DNA of 64,000 nt from Acanthaster planci. Its lineage: Eukaryota. Position numbers and translations under genes: made by a program. Location of the stretch: contig NW_019091356.1 in the NCBI RefSeq assembly GCF_001949145.1, positions 584,938-648,937 of the forward strand. Reading direction: 5' to 3'. The notes beneath the pieces are model-generated. The model was given only the letters and a program-made list of their open reading frames with translations, was not told the origin of the DNA and did no database searches. Within the stretch, counting starts at the first letter, position 1. Each line of letters starts with the position of its first letter. This document shows, piece after piece, positions 1 to 13,000 of this stretch.

Positions 1-1936
1 AATTCCATATTGTGATGATGAGTTTGGTGTGGAAGAATGCCATGGCCTCTTGTGAGTATGAGTTCATTGACAACCAGCAGAGAAATATCAGTTCTTATTG
101 GATAAGGTGTATGTATCTTTGAGTAAGATGCTCCCTAATTTGGTTTTTTTTTCCAGTATCGAGGTAGTGGCTTCCTGTTTAAAGCAGAGATGATGGTCGT
201 GATTGATTTTACAGTTTATAGCTGAAATGATGGAATTGAATGTCTGCAGAATTGAACTGATTTGAATTTGTCATCATTCAGAGTTGATTGTCATGATTTC
301 TGATTTGTTTTTCTTTCATTTATCAGCTGTTTCTGTATTCCTGGGAAGAAGCCTCCAGTATTGAGGGAGCCCCATTGCTGTAAGTCAGCATCCAATCAAT
401 GAAATTATATTAAAGTTGCCAGGTTTCTGAATTATTTCTACTTCTGTCCCATAATAAGCCCACATATCATGATATTAATGGAATTACTTGGCCACTGAGC
501 AAAATGTTAAATGAATTATCCAAGAAGAAAAGGGTACTTAAGATTTTTAAATGTTTGCAATGGCAAGCCTCAAAATGCTCCAAACTTTCTGTAGATACCT
601 TGACTTTCTTGACAATTAGTCATAGAGGTTGTACCATCATACAGGCATGTACCACATTGTTATGGTGATTTCAGTTAGGTTTTTCAGGTAACTTCTCCCA
701 CAGTCCAAATGTCAAGCCCTCTAACTTTTTCAGACTTTGGTTTCTGAAGGCTCCTGTGTTTTCTTTAAAAGTACCCCATTCTCTCTGTGTTTGGATTGAC
801 TTGTTTCAGCTGCCAATGACCCACCATGCCATCGTGAATACAACGCAGCACGCCAAGCTCTCCATGAAGCTCGACTGAAAGGACAACCAGCTATGGCTGC
901 TCAGCTTCCCCATTGCCGTAGTGATGGCTACTACTATCCTAAACAGTGCTCTGGAACCATGTAAGAGTCACCCCTCCTATTAAGTTCTAAGCCCCTCCCC
1001 GTATCCATCCCTTATTGTTATTCAACCAAAGCAATGCCCTGAACTATTCTTATCAAAAGCAGTTGAATCTTCATGTTGATTTTACTATTGTACTGCCAGA
1101 TTATAGTGACATTCTTGCAAAGAGAATGAGGAATATCTGTTGGACATTAATTTGAAGAAATAATCTGCTATCTTTATTCCTGGGGCCAATTTCATAGAGC
1201 TGCTCAAGTACAAACTATGCAGGGAAAAAATTTTGCTTAATAAACAAAGGTTACCAGCTAAAACTCTATCTGATTGTTATGCTAACAAAAAAAAAACAGC
1301 TAAATACAATCCCAGAACAATATACATGTACATCACACTGAGTTTTGGTTGGTTACCTGATTTATCGAGTAAGGTTTTCTTGCGCTCAAGCAAATTTTGT
1401 TCTTAAGTAGCTCTATGAAATTGGCCCAAGCTTGTCCTTTGTGAGTAAAGGGTATGCCTAGCTAGATTTGTATCAATGTACTTGTTTAGGTGTTACTGTG
1501 TGACTGAGAATGGAGTTCACACTGGCCAAGAGGTGCCCATGTGGAATGCTCCTACACTCTATTGTGGTAAGTTCAATTCTCATCAGGTCTCTACAAAGTC
1601 TGTTTGTTGCTATGCAACAGACTATATGTAAATTTCAATTGAATGTACACAATCATTACATCATTGCATAAAGGGTTGTGTGCCCGAGTAGTCACATGAC
1701 AGATGTGACACTGTAGTGTCTGTATAGACAGGTTTTTTTCTTTTTTTTTCATTTCTAAGCATGTGAGAGATACATGCAATCTTACTGGGTTGGTCTTTTC
1801 ATTATAATGTCATTCATCCACATTATAAGCAGAGTGTATGTATTTTTGAATGCCTTTAGCACACAGGAATCTTTGAATCAGTTGTTCTGATAAATGCTCA
1901 GTTAACATTTTTTTGGGTTTGAATATTGCAGAGTAA
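1..1936 (+). CDS. 3' part of a spliced gene encoding thyroglobulin type-1 repeats (thyropin/equistatin-like, probably a secreted protease inhibitor); 5' end lies outside the window
   Basis: Exons <1-51, 327-379, 810-960, 1490-1566, 1932-1936 have GT-AG boundaries and consistent phases. Spliced translation: IPYCDDEFGVEECHGLFCFCIPGKKPPVLREPHCSANDPPCHREYNAARQALHEARLKGQPAMAAQLPHCRSDGYYYPKQCSGTMCYCVTENGVHTGQEVPMWNAPTLYCE*. The P-x-C-xx-DG-x-Y-x-P-x-QC and C-[WYF]-C-V-xxx-G pattern is the Tg-1 signature. Confidence 0.85.
531..778. mobile_element. possible small degenerate TIR element in an intron
   Basis: AGGGTACTT at 531 and AAGTACCCC ending at 778 form short inverted termini; no clear TSD. Confidence 0.3.
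1183..1427. mobile_element. MITE with ~19-bp TIRs (GGGCCAATTTCATAGAGCT), Harbinger/PIF-like; same family as 7848-8637
   Basis: GGGCCAATTTCATAGAGCT at 1183 and AGCTCTATGAAATTGGCCC ending at 1427; non-coding; intronic. Confidence 0.75.
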
Positions 1937-3426
1937 CATCTTGCCAGCTAGTCTCTAATGCCACCTGTGGATCTAAATCTGAGATCCATGTTCTCTTGAC
2001 AGTTGTCACTTGACCAGCTTGAGCCCTGCAGGTAGACGTACATGTACTTATAACTAAGCTATCGCTTTTTTTTCAGCTTTAAGTGAAGGTTTTACGGGCA
2101 TGTCATCAGTTGTTTTCTTCATGGTTTTCAAAACATGAAGGAATTTCACTACAATTTCACTAGCAAATTAATGTCTTCTTTAACAACCCTATGATGAAAA
2201 ACAAGGTGTGTTCTCACAAAAAAATGGATCAATTTTGACCGGTGTAATGTTAGTTTCAATTATTTAGTCTGTGACTAACCTACTTTATCCCACTTTTGTC
2301 CTTACATATTTGTTAGAGATGCTGTATCTGTAGATTTATATTACAAATGGTGCTACTTTTGTAAAAACAAAAGACAAGACCAAAATATACTTTGATGTCT
2401 CGATAAAACAGAATCTTGCCAATAACTTTTTGATTACTCGAAGGTCATATTCTGCCTATACAGTTTAGTAACAAGTGGTTTTCTATATTTCAAGAACAGA
2501 ACNNNNNNNNNNNNNNNNNNNNNNNNNNNNNNNNNNNNNNNNNNNNNNNNNNNNNNNNNNNNNNNNNNNNNNNNNNNNNNNNNNNNNNNNNNNNNNNNNN
2601 NNNNNNNNNNNNNNNNNNNNNNNNNNNNNNNNNNNNNNNNNNNNNNNNNNNNNNNNNNNNNNNNNNNNNNNNNNNNNNNNNNNNNNNNNNNNNNNNNNNN
2701 NNNNNNNNNNNNNNNNNNNNNNNNNNNNNNNNNNNNNNNNNNNNNNNNNNNNNNNNNNNNNNNNNNNNNNNNNNNNNNNNNNNNNNNNNNNNNNNNNNNN
2801 NNNNNNNNNNNNNNNNNNNNNNNNNNNNNNNNNNNNNNNNNNNNNNNNNNNNNNNNNNNNNNNNNNNNNNNNNNNNNNNNNNNNNNNNNNNNNNNNNNNN
2901 NNNNNNNNNNNNNNNNNNNNNNNNNNNNNNNNNNNNNNNNNNNNNNNNNNNNNNNNNNNNNNNNNNNNNNNNNNNNNNNNNNNNNNNNNNNNNNNNNNNN
3001 NNNNNNNNNNNNNNNNNNNNNNNNNNNNNNNNNNNNNNNNNNNNNNNNNNNNNNNNNNNNNNNNNNNNNNNNNNNNNNNNNNNNNNNNNNNNNNNNNNNN
3101 NNNNNNNNNNNNNNNNNNNNNNNNNNNNNNNNNNNNNNNNNNNNNNNNNNNNNNNNNNNNNNNNNNNNNNNNNNNNNNNNNNNNNNNNNNNNNNNNNNNN
3201 NNNNNNNNNNNNNNNNNNNNNNNNNNNNNNNNNNNNNNNNNNNNNNNNNNNNNNNNNNNNNNNNNNNNNNNNNNNNNNNNNNNNNNNNNNNNNNNNNNNN
3301 NNNNNNNNNNNNNNNNNNNNNNNNNNNNNNNNNNNNNNNNNNNNNNNNNNNNNNNNNNNNNNNNNNNNNNNNNNNNNNNNNNNNNNNNNNNNNNNNNNNN
3401 NNNNNNNNNNNNNNNNNNNNNNNNNG

Positions 3427-4860
3427 ATTTAGAGAAGTCCAAATCTGTCCCTTTTTTTAAAGCACAAGGCTATAGTCTTACATTTCGAAAATGGTTCAAA
3501 TTTGTCCCTTTTTCACTTTAAATCACAAGGCTATACTCTTGCTATTGGAAAATGGTCGAAATTTGTCCCCTTTTTTCCTGTTTTAAATTGTGAGGCTATA
3601 TTCTTACAATTTGAAAAAGTCCAAATTTGTCCCTTTTTTTAAATCACAAGGCTATACTCTTGCTATTGGAAAATGGTCAAAATTTGTCCCCTTTTTTCAA
3701 ATTGTAAGGCTATAGTCTTACGATTTGAAAAAGTCCAAATTTGTCCCTTTTTTTAAATCACAAGGCTATACTCTTGCTATTCGAAAATGGTCAAAATTCG
3801 TCCCATTTTTTTCTTTTCTTAAATTGTAAGGCTATAGTCTTACGATTTGAAAAAGTCCAAATTTGTCCCTTTTTTAAAATCACAAGGCTATACTCTTGCT
3901 ATGCGAAAATGGTCAAAATTCGTCCCCTTTTTTTCTTTTCTTAAATTGTAAGGCTATAGTCTTACGATTTGAAAAANNNNNNNNNNNNNNNNNNNNNNNN
4001 NNNNNNNNNNNNNNNNNNNNNNNNNNNNNNNNNNNNNNNNNNNNNNNNNNNNNNNNNNNNNNNNNNNNNNNNNNNNNNNNNNNNNNNNNNNNNNNNNNNN
4101 NNNNNNNNNNNNNNNNNNNNNNNNNNNNNNNNNNNNNNNNNNNNNNNNNNNNNNNNNNNNNNNNNNNNNNNNNNNNNNNNNNNNNNNNNNNNNNNNNNNN
4201 NNNNNNNNNNNNNNNNNNNNNNNNNNNNNNNNNNNNNNNNNNNNNNNNNNNNNNNNNNNNNNNNNNNNNNNNNNNNNNNNNNNNNNNNNNNNNNNNNNNN
4301 NNNNNNNNNNNNNNNNNNNNNNNNNNNNNNNNNNNNNNNNNNNNNNNNNNNNNNNNNNNNNNNNNNNNNNNNNNNNNNNNNNNNNNNNNNNNNNNNNNNN
4401 NNNNNNNNNNNNNNNNNNNNNNNNNNNNNNNNNNNNAATTTGAAAAATTCCAAATTTGTCCCTTTTTTTAAAGCAAAAGGTTATAGTCTTGCAATTTCAA
4501 AATGGTTCAAATTTGTCCCTTTTTCACTTTTAATCTTAAGGCTATAGTCTTGTTGTTGAAAATGGTGCAAATTTGCCCCCTTGTTTTCACGTTTTTTAAA
4601 TTCTAAGGCTATAGTCCTGCAATTGAAAAATGGTCCAAATTTGTCCCTTTTTTCATTTTTTTAAAAACTGTAAGGCTATAGTCTTCCCGTTGGAAAATAG
4701 TCCAAATTTTTCCCCTTTTTTTCACGTTTTTTAATTGTAAGGCTATAGTCTTGCAATTGGAAGATTGGCAAAAATTTTCTGCTTTCCCCCACTGTTTTTT
4801 TTTAATAACAAGACTATAGTCTTGTACTTGTTGAGTTTTCAAAAATGACAAGGCTAACAA
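3427..4860. repeat. satellite array of ~55-65 bp monomers with an alternating (~120 bp) dimer structure, interrupted by an N gap
   Basis: Monomer A (AAGGCTATAGTCTTACGATTTGAAAAAGTCCAAATTTGTCCCTTTTTTAAATCAC) alternates with monomer B (AAGGCTATACTCTTGCTATTCGAAAATGGTCAAAATTCGTCCC...). The array abuts gaps 2503-3425 and 3977-4436. Confidence 0.9.
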
Positions 4861-6753
4861 TAAGACAATTGAAAGCAGTATTCTTGGATTTTATTTCAAC
4901 TTTCACAAATGAATTGGTTTGAATTTGTAGCCTTAAAATGATCTTTATATTTCCAGAACACCCAGATTGAACAATTAAAAATTATTCCTAATCATGACGA
5001 GGGTACAATATTACAGTGCAATCTCAGGGCCAAAATGTACTTTTTCTTTTTCAAATAGCCAAATGAAGACATTCATGGTTTGATTATCAAAGAACAACTT
5101 GAAAATAACCCCAAATAGCAAGGCCATAGCCTTGTGTTTTGAAATTTTTGTTCAAAATGAACTTTACCAAGCAGTGTTTTTTTAAACTAGTGCGAATATT
5201 ATCCCAAAACACAAACATTCTACACTGCAAATAATTCACACTTTTCCATGGAAAATTATGTAATACAGCATATTTTTCACATAGATGTGAGTCAAGTTAA
5301 TACCGAGATTGAGACAATAGCTACATCTGGCAACTTGTAGACCAAAAATGCATCTTTTGTAGTATATATATATTACATAAAGCTTCCAGAGAGATTTGCT
5401 GAATAAGTTTATTTTCAAGGTTATATTCACACATGAAAATCCTAAAACTTTTTGTACTCCATTTCAAATGTGAGACAGCAAAATCGATTTTTTTCAATTT
5501 TGGTGTCTCACAAGATTTCCTATTTTCACGTAAAATAATAGTACAGGGATAAAAGACAGTTTGGGCAAACAGAAAATGCGCACACATATCCATATCTTTT
5601 TGGCTGATGACATCATCACTTTAGCCTGTATTGTTATACATAATGCAGAGAAGCCCAACAGACGACATTTGGAAGCAACCTTGGTACACAACTGGTACGT
5701 ATGAAGTTTCGGCTTTATACACCACATTAGTACCAAGCTGTATTCCTAAAAAGAAAAATTTCTTACCTGCATGACACCTGATGCATCGTTTGTTCAGATA
5801 GCAAGGCCTTTGAGTTCAATTTAGGGTGAATAAATTTTGTTTTTGAAAAACTCGGCACAACTAATGTTGCTACGTGCATTATCNNNNNNNNNNNNNNNNN
5901 NNNNNNNNNNNNNNNNNNNNNNNNNNNNNNNNNNNNNNNNNNNNNNNNNNNNNNNNNNNNNNNNNNNNNNNNNNNNNNNNNNNNNNNNNNNNNNNNNNNN
6001 NNNNNNNNNNNNNNNNNNNNNNNNNNNNNNNNNNNNNNNNNNNNNNNNNNNNNNNNNNNNNNNNNNNNNNNNNNNNNNNNNNNNNNNNNNNNNNNNNNNN
6101 NNNNNNNNNNNNNNNNNNNNNNNNNNNNNNNNNNNNNNNNNNNNNNNNNNNNNNNNNNNNNNNNNNNNNNNNNNNNNNNNNNNNNNNNNNNNNNNNNNNN
6201 NNNNNNNNNNNNNNNNNNNNNNNNNNNNNNNNNNNNNNNNNNNNNNNNNNNNNNNNNNNNNNNNNNNNNNNNNNNNNNNNNNNNNNNNNNNNNNNNNNNN
6301 NNNNNNNNNNNNNNNNNNNNNNNNNNNNNNNNNNNNNNNNNNNNNNNNNNNNNNNNNNNNNNNNNNNNNNNNNNNNNNNNNNNNNNNNNNNNNNNNNNNN
6401 NNNNNNNNNNNNNNNNNNNNNNNNNNNNNNNNNNNNNNNNNNNNNNNNNNNNNNNNNNNNNNNNNNNNNNNNNNNNNNNNNNNNNNNNNNNNNNNNNNNN
6501 NNNNNNNNNNNNNNNNNNNNNNNNNNNNNNNNNNNNNNNNNNNNNNNNNNNNNNNNNNNNNNNNNNNNNNNNNNNNNNNNNNNNNNNNNNNNNNNNNNNN
6601 NNNNNNNNNNNNNNNNNNNNNNNNNNNNNNNNNNNNNNNNNNNNNNNNNNNNNNNNNNNNNNNNNNNNNNNNNNNNNNNNNNNNNNNNNNNNNNNNNNNN
6701 NNNNNNNNNNNNNNNNNNNNNNNNNNNNNNNNNNNNNNNNNNNNNNNNNNNNN

Positions 6754-6797
6754 TACGTATGGACATGCAAGTTGCTACGTATGGACATGCAAGTTGC
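6754..6797. repeat. 22-bp tandem repeat at the edge of an assembly gap
   Basis: TACGTATGGACATGCAAGTTGC x2 immediately after the 5884-6753 gap; probably a collapsed minisatellite. Confidence 0.6.
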
Positions 6798-6932
6798 GCC
6801 GAAACAAAATTTGTGCAACTTTATGCAAAGCCATGTACATGTTGTGCCATGCAGGTACAAATACAGAAACAAATTAACTTGGATACCCAAACTGTCTAAA
6901 AACAAAGTCCAGCAATGCAGAGCAGAGAAGGG

Positions 6933-6938
6933 TTTATT
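6933..6938 (-). terminator. candidate polyadenylation signal of TTC21B
   Basis: AATAAA on the - strand about 90 nt after the stop codon; another lies at ~4890-4895. Confidence 0.35.
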
Positions 6939-7030
6939 TGATGAAGATCCAGTTTTTAAACTACAAGACATATGACATACTAACAGATTTGGTACCTCCG
7001 TAAGGCTTGCACGACTATTGTGAAGCAATT

Positions 7031-10000
7031 TCATACCCGTATGCTGGCCCTTGCTTTGTCCAGGATGTCTTTACGCATCTTGGGATAGTTAGGATGATTC
7101 GCTAGGACCTTGTGGCAGATATCGATGGCATCAACATAGCGTTTTGCCTTCAGGTAGTTAAATGCCAACTTGTAACCTGTAACAAGGTGAAGAAGGCAGT
7201 AAGGATTGTGGTGGTATCAATCAAGTATGTGATTTACTTCTATTAAACATCCCACTGCACATTTCAAGCATCACTTTCACCAATGTCATGATTTTGTTAC
7301 CGACAAAATTCTGCACAAAATGACCAATGTTTCCTGCTGACAGTGCTACTGTTAGGTACTGGTCAATCTGTGTGATTGCTTGATCTCTGCACAATCAGTT
7401 GATCTTGCTGTATGATTTATCGATAGTTTCACCTTCAGATGATGGCCTTTTGCACAGGTAATGTACAGTTGTGGAAGACTGTTTCAAATAGGGAAGTAAA
7501 GTCAGAGATTTCATACAGGATCAACTGATGGTGCAAGGCAATTGTGCTGATCAACTGATCATGCCTAACACAGAGCCTCAATTCTACGTAATATGCAAGG
7601 AGTACACGTTTTTGGCAAATTGGACCCAGACAGTAGAGCAGACAGTCAGATCCCTTTTCATGTGGTTACTTACCAATGTTTGGATTGTTCTGGTTACCAT
7701 ACTTCCAAGCTTTCTCATAGTTTCCAGCTGCATCATGATAAGATTGCTCCTTCTCCATGATGAAGCCAAGATACTCATAGGCCTTGCAACATGACTACAA
7801 TATGACAACAACAAAAAATCAAAATTGTAGCGGCAATAACACATTACGGCCCAATTTCACTACACTGCTATCCGTTAAGCAAATGTCTGCTAAACATAGC
7901 ACAAAAATTTGCTTAACCACTTGCTGCAGGGGGACCCATTTTTGAACACAAAGGCTTTATAGACAAAGTCAGGGAGCCCGAACCCAGGACAAAAGAGCTG
8001 GGCCTTCTAACAAAAGACCGTGCTCAGCACAAAAGACTGAGCTGCTGGGCATTACTGACATTTTTTTTCACTCTCAATAGTAAAGATAATCCGGCCTTGT
8101 TTTGAAACAGTATATCACGGTTTGAGGTATTTAGTGCGAGCCACACAGCACTGCTGCACGCTAATCTAGCCCCTATTGAAAAGAGGTCAGCAGCGCACTG
8201 TGCCAGGTTCGTGAACAAAAGAAAGTTTTATAACACTACACAATCTGGGCTCTTTTTACAAGGCTGCAGGCCTGGCTCAAATACTCGGGCATCAATAGAT
8301 TTTGTCTGTCAGACTAAAGTGGCCACCAGACAGTAATTCGTGTGGGTGTAAATGTGCATTAATTGAAATGATGAATTTTTGATGATTTTCGAAAACTGAA
8401 CATCTTGAAATTCGCCCGTATGTGTGCACTGTATTTTTCAAACCACCCAGCAGCATGTGGTTAATGCTTTGCTTAGCACAAAAATTGCACAGGCATTGTT
8501 ACATTACTAAGTGAGCAAATGTTTCCTCCAAGGTAAGTGTACTTTTTGTCGTGCTTACTGCTTACAATCTCCACTGTCAGCAGTAAGCATGCCTATGTTA
8601 GCGTAAATTTGTGTGCTTAGCACCTTGAAATTGGGCTCTGTTCAGAAGTACAATGGTTTTTTGACTGACACACCAATAACTGGGTTCCCAAGCTTTCAAT
8701 TATGCCACCAGAAATGTTAGGCTGCTGCCCAGGGCTTTACAAATTGCCGTAACAAAACTGAACTTCCCTGATGAACCGTATGCAGGGAAAGAAAAAAAAC
8801 ATACTTTTAATACAAGATAAATGTGACATTTTCTGTCAAAACCAGATACTTACATGTATGGTCAGTTTGAAATGCAAAAAAAACCCCCAAAACATTTTTT
8901 TACGTGTCTAATCAAAACCTTGCAATGGGCTTACGATGGCCTATTTCAAAAATAAAAACCATCTGTGCAGGGAAGATCCATATTTTAACCACATAGGAAA
9001 GTTTTTCAACTACACGTACCTGGCCAGCACAGTTTGGCTTTGATATAATACATCATGAATTGCTGGTATTTGGACTATTTGGAAATAGTTTTACCTGGTT
9101 ATGTTGGAGACATTTCCGGAGTAGTTCAGTGGCCATATCATACTTGCCAGAGTTGATGTAAATATCAGCAAGCAATAGCCAGCTCTTCTCAAACTCTTCT
9201 GCATCCTGAGTCGTAAAAACCAAAGTTAATACAAATGAAAATAACAAAAACCTGTCTTGGATCTGATAGAATTGAACTGACTTAATGTGAGCTAGCTACA
9301 TGAATGACACCGGGTCCACACAATAGACCGTATTTACGGGAGACCCAATTTCAATCGTATTCCTGAACATATTGTATACATTGGAAACTCTTAATGGGAT
9401 GGTAGCAGGTGATTTGGGGGGGGGTCGGAATGAAATCGTAAAATAGAGTCTGGTTCTTTAAATTTAACATCTTCAAATGAATACACTACTTTGAAATTTG
9501 GTCAGATTGTGACTTCCAAACTTGACCCTCAGACGTCAGTTTCATGAATTTAGTCAGTCAAGATGAGACTCCAGTTCAATACAGATTATTTTTAAAGGAA
9601 AAATGTATGTCTAATGTGAAACCAAATGTTGGTGGATTTTTACTTTATTCAAATAGTAACAATAACAGTGTTGTGGTCAGGTACTTTTCGAGCAAGGAGT
9701 GGGAGGATTTCAAGGGTAGTCTACAGCTTATTTCTCACCACAGGATTCCAGTTCATCTTAGCAATTCGCTTGAGTTGATTACGAGCCCTTGGTGTCTGCT
9801 TTAATATCATGTAAGCTGTGGCCACTCCAAACAGAGCCGGTACATTCTCTTTCTACAGGATAATAATGATTGAAAAGTCAGAAATATTTCACATTATCAT
9901 TGTCATACGGACATTTCACAAGTTGAATCTTTTCTCCATTTATTTGAAAACATATTTAAGCACTTGCCGCCGGGGTTGCCGGTACCAGACACATATGCTT

Positions 10001-13000
10001 TATATGCGTGGCTGGTGTTTCGGAAATTAGAGAAAGGGAACTGGGCCTTGTAACAAAAGACCGTACTTGGAACAAAAGACCAGGCTGCTGTGCATTATCA
10101 ACATTTTCTCACTCTCAAAAGTGGAGATAATCCAGCCTTGTTTTGAAACAGTATACCAAAGTTTGGGGCATTGAGAGCGAGCGTATTACCACTGGGGACA
10201 AAAGCTCTCCACCACTGCAGCGATGAGCCACACAGTACCGCTGCACGCTAATCTGGCCCCTATTGAAAAGAGGTCAGCAGCGCACAGTGCCAGTTTCATG
10301 AACAAAAGAAAATTACATAACACCGCACAATCTGGTCTCTTTTTACAAGGCGGCAGGCCCAGCTGAAATACTCCAGTGTCAATAGATGTTGTCTGTCAGA
10401 TTAGAGAGAAACCAGATAGTCCTTCGTGTGGGTGTAAGTGTCCAGTAAATGAAGATATGAATTTTGAAAGAATTTTGAAAACAGAAAAAAATGAAAATTA
10501 TCCCGTCCCAGCATCATCAACATTCATAAATGCCCCCAGCCCGAAGTGGTTAAGTTACTAGTTAGAAGGACAAAACTTTCTAAAGTGTCAAGCCCTACCT
10601 CACTAGTTGCCAACTCCATAAATGATGACAAAGCTTTCTCTATGTTTGGTTTGGACTTGGAAGCCATAAGGACATAGTTCTCCATGATCTTGGAGTCATC
10701 AGATCCTGGTTGAGGCTTCAATTCCTACAAAGACAGAAAACAGGTGAGTTTCTACACATCACAATGGAAACCTCAAATGGTGGCTTCTAAGGAGCACGTT
10801 ATGATTCACATTATTAGGTCTTCATGTTACATTAACTATCTGAGACACAACACGGCTTTGATGATGTTGCACCCTCCACATAAAAACCAGTAGATTTGGG
10901 TTTGTAATGACACTCTTTTAACAACTCAAAGACAGTAACCAATTTAAGTGAGAATGGACAAATATACATCGAAATTAAAAACAAAAATTACGGGGCAGTG
11001 TGAAATAGACAGTGAACCTATCTTTGGACAAGTGAAGAGGAACATAAGTTGACCGCGACTGTAAATCATGGTATATTCCATTTAGAAGTGACACTATTAG
11101 TAGAAAAAACACAAGGTTATTTCTTTACCTTGATGAGTTTTTCGGCCGTTCTGACAGCCATCTGCTCTGAATCTGCTTTCTCTGAAGCACTCCTACAAAA
11201 AATAAACGACCAACGTCAGAAACAATGCCAGTGTGTCAAGCATCTTTCATCTTGCAAGGTTTAGCATATATTTCATCATTTTAGACAACATTTATAGACA
11301 AGACACAGAGTATAAGGAGTTCAAGATCTACTTACATAGCATCAGTGTTGACATTTTCAAATGTCTCCCCTCCTAGAGTCTCGTTGTCAGGGTTAATGCA
11401 GATGTCTATCATGTTACGAACAGCCAAACGACCCCAATCACTGTCCTTGCGTGCCATGTTGAAATGCTTCACAGCTACGTTAGGATTGCCAATATACCTA
11501 TATAAATCACAAGAAATGGAGATCAAAAGGGAACATCAAAATAAAGTAAAAGTGTTCAGATGGTAAATACATAGATACATGTACTCGGAACACTTGCAAA
11601 ACATTTCACTTCAAGTTGGCAAAAGATGATTTTGTGTTCCTGAGCAAGACAGTTCACAATCGCTTTCCTTCCCATCCACTGGAGATGTGTTAGCTACTGA
11701 CCATTCATACAGGCCTTTGCAGTAGTTGAAGCCAGGGTCCATGGAGGCTCTAGACGAAGCCTTCTCAGCTTGCTCCAAGAATTGAGCTACATCCTCCAAC
11801 TTGCCTGCACGACGGAGTAGATCAACCAGTCGAGACAAGGCCTCATAATGGTCTGAAATTACCCAACAAGCCACCATCAGTCACCTTATGGTGAATCTTT
11901 TCGTCTACATAAACACCACCATGTTCACTTGGCTTGAGCTCATCTATGTAAAAAACCTTGTAGTCTAGGAACACAATCTAATGACAAGGCAGACTGTGCA
12001 TACCCATGGATTGGCTACCATGGCCCCTTCTAGCAATAATTGAGTATAAACACAGATTTTAGAACACAAATCCTGATGAGAGTACTTTAATACCTGGTGA
12101 TCTTTGAAGTAACTGCTGGAAATGAAATGTTGCTTGTTCATACTCTCCCTTCCTGAACATTAAATCAGCCATCATCTGTCAATGAATACAAGAATTGCAT
12201 TTCTTAAATTGGAAAAGTTTTCTGAAGATTCTTGGAGGGACACAGTAAAGGCGACTGGGTACGTCGGAATAAGCATACACCTTAGCAACATCGATAGGCA
12301 ATACACCTAGGCAATATACCTTGGCAATTAAACTGTCATGGCTGTTGGCTCAAAACAGCTCCAATGATCATAAGAATATAAATCATTACTGCAAAGATCA
12401 ATGCTGCATCACAGGAAACTCAACCCCTTCCCCCCAAAACCAACTTTTGGTTTACTTTTTAATCCACGACTGATCATCATCCACACTTTAATTAAGATGA
12501 CAAAAACACCATCACTTTAACTCTATCTTGTTTTCAGATTCATGTGGATCTTAAATCTACTCTTAACACTAAAATTTCAAATTCAAATTTAAAAACAACA
12601 TTTATTTCCATACTTTCATTAAAATACGAATCAAGAATACACGTAATATGAATACGAGCCATAAATACAATGTAATATAATAAGAGAACATAGACAAAAC
12701 CTGAAAAGATAGAAAGAATTTAAATGATTATCTGAGAGTCATACCACAGTGGCATTATCATTCTCTTTATCTCCTTGGAGTAACTGGACTAGTTGATGTT
12801 GGCAGGCATCTAACTCATCCGTTGCCAGGTAGAGTCGAGCCAACTCCAGCATGGCTTTACCATCACTCTCTGTATACACCAAGGCTTCCTTGTATAGCTT
12901 GATAGCTCGGTCGTAGTCTCGTTGGGAAGCATGGTGTTCAGCCATCTGGAAGCAGATGCTGCAGCAAGAAGATAGATTCACCTGAAGCTCATGGTTTGAC

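Noticed and set aside
3741..4860. ORFs inside the satellite
   Set aside because: Translations of tandem repeats; no protein signature.
3427..4860. CRISPR-like appearance of repeated palindromic units
   Set aside because: Intervening sequences are themselves repeated rather than unique spacers; the context is eukaryotic and there are no cas genes.
5746..5766. Donor and acceptor-like sites on the - strand (CAG|GTAAGA...TTTTAG|)
   Set aside because: The implied intron is only ~20 nt and no coherent coding frame flanks it.
2475..7034. Long ORFs in the track spanning N runs (also 29339-29951)
   Set aside because: They are artefacts of translating assembly gaps.
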